Of a stretch of 52,228 nt of DNA, positions 18,595-26,464 are shown in pieces. Position 1 is the first letter of the stretch, and each line of letters begins with the position of its first letter. The DNA is taken from positions 1 to 52,228 of IMG/VR virus record IMGVR_UViG_3300022181_000111. The stretch is one strand, 5' to 3'. Origin of the DNA: a virus (taxonomy: Duplodnaviria; Caudoviricetes). The position numbers were made by a program, and so were the translations under genes. Under the pieces are notes generated by a model, which saw nothing but the letters and a program-made list of their open reading frames with translations, had not been told where the DNA came from and did no database searches.

Positions 18595-19053
18595 ATGGAA
18601 ACTACGTACAAGCAATTCAAAGAAAAAGCAGTCGAGTACACGCTGAAAGAAGAGCGGAAAGACTTCAATAAAGCAAAGATAACGAAGTCGTCAGATGCCG
18701 TTGGTTATACCAGAAACTTCTATTTCGACGACATCGCTATTTACGAAAGTACATTTGTGATCCTCGTTAACAATAGTAATGACACGATTGGTTACGCAAA
18801 GATCAGCCAGGGAGGAATATCCGGAACGGTAGTGGATATACGACTTATTCTGAAATACGCACTCGATAACCTTGCATCAGGTATTATCCTCGTGCATAAT
18901 CACCCGTCAGGTCAATTGGTTGCAAGCCCACAGGACAGAAATATTTCAAACAAGCTAAAGGAGGCTTGCGCATTGATGGATATATCCTTACTGGATTCTA
19001 TCATCATTACAGAAGATGGGTATCTTAGTATGGCAGATGAAGGAATTATTTAA
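18595..19053 (+). CDS. RadC-like JAB domain protein (allele 1)
   Basis: E...ISQGGISGTVVD...LVHNHPSG...SPQD...LLDSIII. Confidence 0.9.
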   Translation: METTYKQFKEKAVEYTLKEERKDFNKAKITKSSDAVGYTRNFYFDDIAIYESTFVILVNNSNDTIGYAKISQGGISGTVVDIRLILKYALDNLASGIILVHNHPSGQLVASPQDRNISNKLKEACALMDISLLDSIIITEDGYLSMADEGII

Positions 19054-19069
19054 TCATAAATAAATAAAA

Positions 19070-19216
19070 ATGAGAACAATAAACTACAAAGGACATAAAA
19101 TCACTGAAATATGGAAAGGAAGATTCGAATGCCATACATCAAGGTATGGAATTATTTATTCAAATAGTCTTAGAGATATAAAAAGACTTATTGATACATC
19201 TATAGATTTGAATTAA
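19070..19216 (+). CDS. Small hypothetical protein (48 aa)
   Basis: MRTINYKGHKI...; fills the gap after an A-rich leader. Confidence 0.5.
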   Translation: MRTINYKGHKITEIWKGRFECHTSRYGIIYSNSLRDIKRLIDTSIDLN

Positions 19217-19229
19217 AAAACACTCACTA

Positions 19230-20075
19230 ATGGAACATTTACAAGATTTAAAAGAAACGGCAAGGCGAGCATTCTATTGGATTTCATTCGACCCGGAAAG
19301 ATCAGGAAACAGAACTTTAAGAGAGCACGAAGAACAGCTTCAATCAGATTTAGAGAACATTCCGGAAACCGAAAAAGAAAGGTATATTGAAAACTACAGA
19401 AAGTACTTCATCAAGTGGTTAAATGCTCTTTCAAACTGTGCAAGTTCAGCAGTTACAGGTGGAGCAAACTTCAATGTTAGTAGGGCAGAGAAAGCGAACA
19501 GGCGTGAACATGATGTTTACGAAGAATTCATTGAATGGAGAGAACGAGCGTTGAAAGCAATTGCCAAGAAAGTTGAAGATTCAAAACCGATAGAGCAAAA
19601 AATGGCAGAAGAATGGTGGGCAGTAAAAAGAGATATTGATACTCATTATCTTCCGTCAAATCTTTATAACCGGATGGAGACAATCGCAAGAAACGGAAAA
19701 GTTGAGATAATCGAAAAAGCAATAGCTTATGTTCGAGAATTAAACTCACAGCGAAGTCGTCCTATTTTTACAGAACGACATAAATTTTTCAGACTACTCG
19801 AAGTCGCTAAAAAAGCAGTCGAAACCAAAGAAGAGTTGAGCAAAAAGGAAAACCAAGAACAACCGTTCAACGGTGGCATTGTCGTCTTCAATTACCAAGA
19901 AAACAGGTTACAACTTTTATTCGACGAAAAACCATCTTTCGATATTATTCAACAATTGAAAAAGAATGGATTCCGATGGAGTCCTCGATTTTCGAGCTGG
20001 CAAAGGCAATTGACCAACAATGCAATTTACGCTACAAAACGACTTTTAAGAGAAAATAATCTTAATTGTCAATAA
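19230..20075 (+). CDS. Conserved mobile-element protein (DUF3560/polyvalent-like)
   Basis: ASSAVTGGANFN and C-terminal NRLQLLFDEKP...LKKNGFRWSP..SWQRQLT. Confidence 0.55.
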   Translation: MEHLQDLKETARRAFYWISFDPERSGNRTLREHEEQLQSDLENIPETEKERYIENYRKYFIKWLNALSNCASSAVTGGANFNVSRAEKANRREHDVYEEFIEWRERALKAIAKKVEDSKPIEQKMAEEWWAVKRDIDTHYLPSNLYNRMETIARNGKVEIIEKAIAYVRELNSQRSRPIFTERHKFFRLLEVAKKAVETKEELSKKENQEQPFNGGIVVFNYQENRLQLLFDEKPSFDIIQQLKKNGFRWSPRFSSWQRQLTNNAIYATKRLLRENNLNCQ

Positions 20076-20086
20076 CTTTTTACCAA

Positions 20087-20122
20087 AAAAGGTCTCTATT
20101 GGGGACTATTTTCTTATCTTTA
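20087..20122 (+). promoter_or_regulatory. Operator + promoter upstream of DUF488/tRNA cluster
   Basis: AAAAGGTCTC-TATTG-GGGACTATTT-TCT-TATCTTTA, then two leader hairpins (20138-20160, 20161-20193). Confidence 0.6.
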
Positions 20123-20220
20123 CAACAAGAAAAAGCATCAACCCTAAAGCGTTAGGTTGAAAGAGACAAATAATCCACATTTGTTTGTCTCTTGCGCTTT
20201 TTCAAAAATCACAAAACACA

Positions 20221-20628
20221 ATGGAAATATTTACTTCATACTACGGCAATCTAAGAAAGCTAAGGGAAAACAGCATTATCCCTGTTGGTATTTCGCTTGG
20301 AATTCCTAAATGGTTCAATGGTACCAATTTGCGGTATCTCGCTCCAACATATGACATTTTGAAGTTGGAGAAAGAAGAGGAATATACTCCTGCATATCTC
20401 ATGCATTTAGAGAAAGTTGATATGGAAAGATTGAGAGACGATCTCTCCATTATATCCGGTAACGAAGGCGGGAAAGATATTGCACTCTTGTGTTACGAAA
20501 AGCCTGGTGAGTTTTGCCATCGAAGGTTATTTGCTGAATGGTTAAAAGAAAAAACAGGTTATGAAGTAAAGGAGTATGGCTATACAGAAAAGAAAGGGCC
20601 GGATGCTGTACAAAGAACGTTATTTTGA
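20221..20628 (+). CDS. DUF488-family protein
   Basis: IFTSYY...LAPT...IALLCYEKPGEFCHRRLFAEW; ATG 20221. Confidence 0.8.
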   Translation: MEIFTSYYGNLRKLRENSIIPVGISLGIPKWFNGTNLRYLAPTYDILKLEKEEEYTPAYLMHLEKVDMERLRDDLSIISGNEGGKDIALLCYEKPGEFCHRRLFAEWLKEKTGYEVKEYGYTEKKGPDAVQRTLF

Positions 20629-20696
20629 TTTTCCATATAAATTTTTAAGTGCAAATCTTAAAGCGTGAAAAGCCATTTGTGAAAATGGCTTCACAT

Positions 20697-20766
20697 TGCG
20701 AGGAAGTGGACAGGTGCCATGCTGGTCTCATAAACCAGAGAGCCGGATCGTTACCGGCAATCGCAA
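20697..20766 (+). tRNA. Degenerate tRNA with CAT anticodon (Met/Ile2-like)
   Basis: Anticodon arm CTGGT-CTCATAA-ACCAG; T arm GCCGG-ATCGTTA-CCGGC; acceptor TGCGA/TCGCA with mismatches. Confidence 0.55.
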
Positions 20767-20903
20767 CAAGGCAAGAAGAATGATGATGAAATGCTGTTTT
20801 GATATTTGGTAGTTAGGTATGAAAAGAAATAATCAGCCACAAGAGGATCGGTTTTGTAGACGTACAAGGCAAGTGGATGACAGCCGGGAAAGACCGGCAA
20901 CAC

Positions 20904-21028
20904 GGAGAGATGGCGGAATTGGTAGACGCTAAAGGCATTGCGCCCGATGTAACAAGTACCGTTTAATAGACATGCTAAGCAGTGAAACACGGGTAATTCT
21001 TGTGCAGGTTCGAATCCTGCTCTCTCCA
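20904..21028 (+). ncRNA. tRNA-like RNA (Leu-type D arm) with the anticodon/variable region replaced by about 73 nt
   Basis: GGAGAGA/TCTCTCC-A acceptor, GCG-GAATTGGTAGA-CGC D arm, GCAGG-TTCGAAT-CCTGC T arm. Confidence 0.75.
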
Positions 21029-21039
21029 CATCCCAAAAT

Positions 21040-21227
21040 GGAGTTCCTTGATTAGTAGGGTTCGGGCCGGATGAGTGCAGGGAAATTCGGCAAATAAATT
21101 CAAAGTAGAGGTGGCGCTTGAAATGCCTGAAACGTTAAGCTGCATCGAATATCAAGGATAGTTCTTTTCTCTTCCCGGAAAGACAAAAGAACGAATAAGA
21201 GAAGAGCCTGACAGCCGGAAAGACGGC
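21040..21227 (+). ncRNA. Putative structured ncRNA ending in TGACAGCCGGAAAGACGGC
   Basis: Pairings TCCTTGAT/ATCAAGGA, TGCAG/CTGCA, TTCTCTT/AAGAGAA; same 3' motif at 20878-20898. Confidence 0.45.
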
Positions 21228-21233
21228 GAATTT

Positions 21234-21302
21234 GCGTGTTAGGTGTTACGGTAGCATGCTATACTTCCAGTATAGAGGTCTGGTTCGACTCCAGGTCACG
21301 CT
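21234..21302 (+). tRNA. tRNA-Gly(TCC), structurally deviant
   Basis: GCGTG/CACGC acceptor, discriminator T, anticodon arm CTATA-CTTCCAG-TATAG, T arm CTGG-TTCGACT-CCAG. Confidence 0.8.
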
Positions 21303-21316
21303 CAATTTAATAGTCA

Positions 21317-22102
21317 ATGAATGGTTCTGGTGAAGATAGGTATTCGTCAAATTGGGAAAAGCTAAGTAAACGTTTACGATTGCTTTACCCTTGTGCTGTT
21401 TGTGGAGAGACTGATTTCTTTAAAAAAGAGGCTCATCATATTGATGGCAATAAGAAAAATGGCAGTATCGAGAATGCAATAATTTTGTGCAAGGCCTGTC
21501 ACAAAGGTGTTCATGATAAAAGTATAGAAATACCAGAGAATTTCAAAGGTTATAAGAATTGCGGATTTAGTGTAAAGGTAGCACATCCGGCATCCAGCCG
21601 GGAAGATTGGTTCAATTCCAAGAATCCGCTCAAACTGATACCGAAACTTCCATCGGATATGGCAATGAAGTTCAGAAAGGATTGCATCAAGGGGTTTATA
21701 AAGCCCGGAGCATGCAACCTTTACATAGGCTTATCTCATTCAGATTACCTATTTGGCGTATTGGGCTTTTCAAATCCTGATTATGGTAATTATGATGTGA
21801 TCCTCAAGGCTGATACAACCCCGTCAGAATGGGAATATTCAACAGATTTGCTTCTCTATGTATTGAGAACAACTGATGTAAAGAACATCCTTTCAGATAA
21901 ATTTGGAAGAGATGTAAAGACTGCTTATTCGAAATGTTTCTCTCAACATGAGCAGATAAACAGATACAGGAAACACGGTGAACTTATCAAGAAGGATAAG
22001 GTAAATGGTGGATATGATCTAGGATATCTGTTTCAGTTAGGTACTGTTCCGAGCCTAAAAGCAGCGAAATCATTGTGGATGCAAAAGCATAAAATCACAT
22101 GA
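21317..22102 (+). CDS. HNH endonuclease fused to a putative GNAT-like domain
   Basis: CAVC...HHIDGNKKN...NAIILCKACH..VH; the C-terminal about 150 aa resemble (from memory) the GNAT-like domain of ParB-associated phage DNA-modification proteins. Confidence 0.6.
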   Translation: MNGSGEDRYSSNWEKLSKRLRLLYPCAVCGETDFFKKEAHHIDGNKKNGSIENAIILCKACHKGVHDKSIEIPENFKGYKNCGFSVKVAHPASSREDWFNSKNPLKLIPKLPSDMAMKFRKDCIKGFIKPGACNLYIGLSHSDYLFGVLGFSNPDYGNYDVILKADTTPSEWEYSTDLLLYVLRTTDVKNILSDKFGRDVKTAYSKCFSQHEQINRYRKHGELIKKDKVNGGYDLGYLFQLGTVPSLKAAKSLWMQKHKIT

Positions 22103-22779
22103 AAGACGAGAAATTAAAATTAAGAATAGAGTATGTTCTTTTCCGGAATATTGAAGAAAGTCCTGTGAATGCCCAAGAGATGAGCGACAAGGACTTTAAC
22201 CGTTTAGTAAAGAATATAAAAAAAGACGGAATTCTTACAACTGCTCCACTCTTAATGGATCAGCCGTCAAAGAATAAATTCATGTGCGTATCCGGGCATC
22301 ATAGAATCAGGGCGGCTATAAAAGCGGGATTGGATGGAGCGCACTGTTTTGTAATGGACGAAGTGGATGAATCAACACGTGTAAGAATTCAATTGTCCCA
22401 TAACGATATTCACGGATCGCCAAACCTTGAAACGCTCTCATATCTACAGTCTCTTTTGTCTGATATGGACATCGAGTTGGTTGATAAACAGGAACTGGAT
22501 GGGATAATTAAAGAAGCACAGGAGACTAGTATTGAAGTTCCTGTATTTAAGTATATAAACATTTGCCTCCTGGAGAAATCAAGGGAAAGATTTGTCGATA
22601 TACTTGAAAATATCAGCACGGAGAAAGACGATATAAATTGGCTTGTCGGTCAGGAAGAATATGAGCATCTGAGGGATTTATTGACATACGCATTTGATAA
22701 AGGCTTCAGAACACCAGGTCAAGCTTTTGGTATTTTTATGGATATAGTGGATAATCATAAAGACGAGATAGAAAGATAA
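22099..22779 (+). CDS. ParB/Srx N-terminal domain protein
   Basis: NAQEMSDKDFNRLVKNIKKDG...CVSGHHRIRAA...IQLSHNDIHG. Confidence 0.85.
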   Translation: MKDEKLKLRIEYVLFRNIEESPVNAQEMSDKDFNRLVKNIKKDGILTTAPLLMDQPSKNKFMCVSGHHRIRAAIKAGLDGAHCFVMDEVDESTRVRIQLSHNDIHGSPNLETLSYLQSLLSDMDIELVDKQELDGIIKEAQETSIEVPVFKYINICLLEKSRERFVDILENISTEKDDINWLVGQEEYEHLRDLLTYAFDKGFRTPGQAFGIFMDIVDNHKDEIER

Positions 22780-23288
22780 TGGCACGAAAAACTGTTTATG
22801 ATGATTCATTCCCTTTGCTTGCTGAACAGTATGCCAGGGAGGGGATGATTGATAAGGAAATATGGGCTAAACTTGGTATTGCTCGAAATACATTTTACCG
22901 GTTTCAGAATGAATATAAAGAGTTTAGGGAAGCTATAAAAAGAGGGAAAAGACCGGTAGATGTAGAAGTGGAAAAAGCTCTATTGAAAAGAGCGGTCGGT
23001 TTCGAATACGAGGAGAAAACAATCGAAACAGAGATAGGTGATGACGGTCAACCAAAGCCATCCAAGATAAAGACAACTAAAAAAATGGTTCCTCCTGATG
23101 TTGGAGCAATAGCTTTCTGGCTCAAAAACAGGAGGCCGGAAAGGTGGAGGGAAAAGCAGGAAGTTGATGTAACAACAGCAGGAGAGAGCCTGAACAACAA
23201 AAAAGTAGATATTGAATGCCTAACTGAAGAAGAGCAGCAGGCACTGATTGATATAAGCCTAAAGATTGAAGAAAACAGTAAAAAATAA
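22779..23288 (+). CDS. Terminase small subunit
   Basis: N-terminal HTH, VEKALLKRAVG, PPDVGAIAFWLKNRRPERWR; precedes the large subunit. Confidence 0.85.
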   Translation: MARKTVYDDSFPLLAEQYAREGMIDKEIWAKLGIARNTFYRFQNEYKEFREAIKRGKRPVDVEVEKALLKRAVGFEYEEKTIETEIGDDGQPKPSKIKTTKKMVPPDVGAIAFWLKNRRPERWREKQEVDVTTAGESLNNKKVDIECLTEEEQQALIDISLKIEENSKK

Positions 23289-23290
23289 TT

Positions 23291-24751
23291 GTGGTGACTG
23301 ATGGAGAAAGAAAACACTTTGTTACTGAATCATGCAGGAAAAGATTTTATTTTTTCGTGCAGTTTTTTTGGTCTGTTATCATTCAAGAGAAACCTGTTTA
23401 TAATTGGCATATAAAATTTCTATGTGATGAAATGCAGGAATTGGCTCACTATATCGTAAACAGGTTGCCGAAGCCATATGATTTGATAATAAACATACCA
23501 CCTGGGACAACAAAATCAACGATAACGACAATTATGTTTCCGGTATGGTTATGGACACAGGACCAGTCAATAAGAATAATCACAAACTCATACTCAATGG
23601 ACCTGTCTATTGAACATGCTACAAAGAGTAGGGATATCATCCAGTCGGATAAATTTCAAGAATATTTTCCTGAAATTAAACTTCGTCCTGATAAATCAGC
23701 AAAAATGAGTTATGAAAATACCAGTACAGGTGCAAGGTATGCTACTTCAACAGGTGGAACAATAACGGGGAAACATGCTCATGTAATCTTAAATGATGAT
23801 CCGCTTAATGTGCAGCAGGGATACAGCGAATTAGCAAGAATAACCGCTAACGAGCACACTAAAACATTATCAAGTAGGAAAGTAGACAAAATGAACACGC
23901 CTACAATCACTATTATGCAGAGGTTGCATGAGCAAGATGTAACAGGCTATTTACTCTCAAAAAAATCTGACAAAATAAAACATATATGTCTACCTGCGGA
24001 GGTTAGCAAATTTGTAAAACCAAGTTTTCTGGTAGAGAAATACATTGATGGATTGCTCGATCCGGTACGATTGAGCAGAGAGGTCCTGGATGAAGCGAAA
24101 ATTGATTTGGGATCCATGTCATATTCGGGGCAATATGATCAAAACCCAATCATTGACGGAGGAAATATCGTCAAGAAAGAATGGTTTAATGCTATTTCAA
24201 TTCAGGACTTCGAGTTCCTTTACAAGCAAAACCGCAATCCTGCGATTCATTTTTTCGTAGATACGGCATATACGGAAAAGCAAATCAACGACCCCACAGG
24301 TATAATCGGGGCTGTTGAATTTAGCAATAATCTATACATAACAAGTGCAGCCAAAGCAAGGAAAGAATTCCCTGAGTTAGTTAAGTTTCTACCGGAATGG
24401 GTTAAAGCAAATAGATACGATTATCGGAGCACGATAAGGATTGAGCCTAAAGCAAGCGGGTTATCTGTTATTCAGCAATTAAAGACGTCCACAAAGCTGA
24501 ATATAACAAACACTCCCACACCGACTGACAGTAAAGAGACAAGAATGCAAGCCAATAGCGGCGTTGTTGAAAGTGGACGAATATATTTGGTTCAGGGTTC
24601 GTGGAATGATGAATTCATTGATGAAGTTTGCGGATTCCCGGCTAAAACCCATGATGAATATGTTGATTTGCTAAACTATGCTATCGATTACTTCATAAAT
24701 GATAAAACCAAACCTATTAATGTACAACAATTATTAGACGATTTCAGATGA
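23291..24751 (+). CDS. Terminase large subunit
   Basis: NIPPGTTKS, ITGKHAHVILNDDP, IMQRLH, FFVDTAY, FPAKTHDEYVD. Confidence 0.92.
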   Translation: MVTDGERKHFVTESCRKRFYFFVQFFWSVIIQEKPVYNWHIKFLCDEMQELAHYIVNRLPKPYDLIINIPPGTTKSTITTIMFPVWLWTQDQSIRIITNSYSMDLSIEHATKSRDIIQSDKFQEYFPEIKLRPDKSAKMSYENTSTGARYATSTGGTITGKHAHVILNDDPLNVQQGYSELARITANEHTKTLSSRKVDKMNTPTITIMQRLHEQDVTGYLLSKKSDKIKHICLPAEVSKFVKPSFLVEKYIDGLLDPVRLSREVLDEAKIDLGSMSYSGQYDQNPIIDGGNIVKKEWFNAISIQDFEFLYKQNRNPAIHFFVDTAYTEKQINDPTGIIGAVEFSNNLYITSAAKARKEFPELVKFLPEWVKANRYDYRSTIRIEPKASGLSVIQQLKTSTKLNITNTPTPTDSKETRMQANSGVVESGRIYLVQGSWNDEFIDEVCGFPAKTHDEYVDLLNYAIDYFINDKTKPINVQQLLDDFR

Positions 24752-26148
24752 TACAGGACATTTTCAAAGACAGAAAAACAGGAGAGATCATTGATTCCCT
24801 GAAAAAGAAAACAGTGATTGTCCCGGAATGGGAAAAGCTTAAAGCCGAGTACGATTCAACAGAACACGAAATAATGACCGACAGGGTAAGTCGAAAAGAC
24901 AGGAAAGGGGTAAAGGCTGCAAGGATCACCTATGGTGTGCAGAAGCTTGCCACAAGGCGAATGACGCAGATGGCGTTCACTATTCCTGCGAAAAGAACCT
25001 ACAGGCATAACAATGAGTCTGAAAAGATTGAGCAGGCGAGAGCACTCGAAAAACTTTACCAGAAAGTCAGAATTGACGCTTTGAACAAAAAGCGATTCAA
25101 AGCTTATTTTGCTTCATGTGAAATCGCAACGATCTGGTATGTGGTGGAAAAACAAAACAAAGATTACGGTTTTGATTCAAAATTCAAACTGAGATCAGTC
25201 ACATATTCCCCCATGGATGAGCGTTTCTCGAAAATGGAGCAGGCAAAGGTCTATCCATTATTTGACGATTACGGTGATATGATTGCTCTGAGCATCGAGT
25301 ATAAAGTAAATGTAGATCAAAAAGTTATCACCTACTTTGAAACATATACTGCGGAAAAGAAGTATGTATGGAAGAAAGATGCGGGTGATTGGGAGGTAGT
25401 TAAAGGCCCGGCAAGCATTGCAATCGGAAAGATACCTGGAGCTTATATCAATCGCCCGGAGCCTATCTGGGAGGACCAGACGAATAATGGAAAGGAGATA
25501 GAATACACCTTGTCGAGACAAAGCGATATACTGAGAAGAAATACAGCACCGGTGATGAAAGTAACCGGAAAGCTTGTGGATTCAAGCAGTAAGCCGGAAG
25601 GTGATGTATCAAGAGAGGTTTATCAGTTTGAGGGTGATGGTAATGTGGATTATGTAAAACCTCCTATTGATCATGAAGCTGTAGAATCATTTATCAAGAC
25701 CATGAAGGATAATATTTCCGAAGAATTACAGCTACCATCACTTGCATTGAAGGATATAACAGGGGCCGGCTTGACGGAAGAGTCAAGGAAACAGTTATTG
25801 GTCGATGCACACTTGAAAGTAGGAGAAGAAGAGGGCGATATCATTGAATTTCTAAGCCGGGAATGCAACGTCCTGAAATCATTCTTGGGGTTGATGAATG
25901 CAAAGTGGAAAGATTCTATCAACGATCTTGAAGTAGAGCATGAGATCATCCCGTTTGTGATGAATAACGACAGCGCAGAAATCGAGAACCTTTCAAAAGC
26001 AACCGGAGGCAAGGCAATCATGAGCCAGCGTGTCGCCATCCAGAGAGCCGGATATGTAAGCGAGGAAGAAATTGATGCCGAAATCGAAAGAATTAAAGAG
26101 GAGGAATCATCAGGTGCAAATTTGGATTTATTCAAACCAACAATCTGA
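24748..26148 (+). CDS. Portal protein (SPP1-like)
   Basis: 466 aa immediately after the large terminase; acidic C-terminus. Confidence 0.8.
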   Translation: MIQDIFKDRKTGEIIDSLKKKTVIVPEWEKLKAEYDSTEHEIMTDRVSRKDRKGVKAARITYGVQKLATRRMTQMAFTIPAKRTYRHNNESEKIEQARALEKLYQKVRIDALNKKRFKAYFASCEIATIWYVVEKQNKDYGFDSKFKLRSVTYSPMDERFSKMEQAKVYPLFDDYGDMIALSIEYKVNVDQKVITYFETYTAEKKYVWKKDAGDWEVVKGPASIAIGKIPGAYINRPEPIWEDQTNNGKEIEYTLSRQSDILRRNTAPVMKVTGKLVDSSSKPEGDVSREVYQFEGDGNVDYVKPPIDHEAVESFIKTMKDNISEELQLPSLALKDITGAGLTEESRKQLLVDAHLKVGEEEGDIIEFLSRECNVLKSFLGLMNAKWKDSINDLEVEHEIIPFVMNNDSAEIENLSKATGGKAIMSQRVAIQRAGYVSEEEIDAEIERIKEEESSGANLDLFKPTI

Positions 26149-26203
26149 CATATACGGTCGCTAATAGCTATCAAAATGTAAAGAAAAATGTCAATAAAAA
26201 CCG

Positions 26204-26461
26204 ATGATCATAGGTAAGCCGAAATATTTCAAAACACAGGAAGTTTACTTGTATATTGGTGGGTCTTGTGTATTGGTTACCATTCTTTCTCATGCAATGA
26301 AGAAGAGCAGAGAATGGGTGTATGAGATAGATTGCTCCAGATATGATCATGATTTGATATTGCAGAATGTGCCTGAGAGGTTTTTAGGAGAGACAGTAAA
26401 TAAGAAAAAAGGTATGGAGTCATTTAATCACAGCTTTATAGAAGGGCTGGTTGGTCGATAG
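26204..26461 (+). CDS. Hypothetical protein inserted between portal and MuF genes
   Basis: Bracketed by an 18-bp direct repeat (26188-26205, 26465-26482). Confidence 0.5.
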   Translation: MIIGKPKYFKTQEVYLYIGGSCVLVTILSHAMKKSREWVYEIDCSRYDHDLILQNVPERFLGETVNKKKGMESFNHSFIEGLVGR

Positions 26462-26464
26462 TTT

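Larger units (their letters stand above)
17261..18700 (+). repeat. Direct repeat copy 1 (1440 bp; copy 2 at 29847-31286)
   Basis: Constant offset of 12586 bp; identical proteins; 3 mismatches seen near the left edge. Confidence 0.97.

Noticed and set aside
17261-18700. Duplicated segment as an IS or composite transposon end
   Set aside because: No transposase, terminal inverted repeats or target-site duplication; right boundary lies inside a gene
20751-21029. 92-aa minus-strand ORF (MERAGFEPA...)
   Set aside because: It is the antisense reading of the tRNA-like T arm; a typical shadow ORF
20697-21302. Suppressor tRNA / stop-codon recoding or tRNA-associated HDV-like ribozyme
   Set aside because: Anticodons are CAT and TCC; long genes are intact in the standard code; I could not fit an HDV-like nested pseudoknot after the tRNA 3' ends by eye
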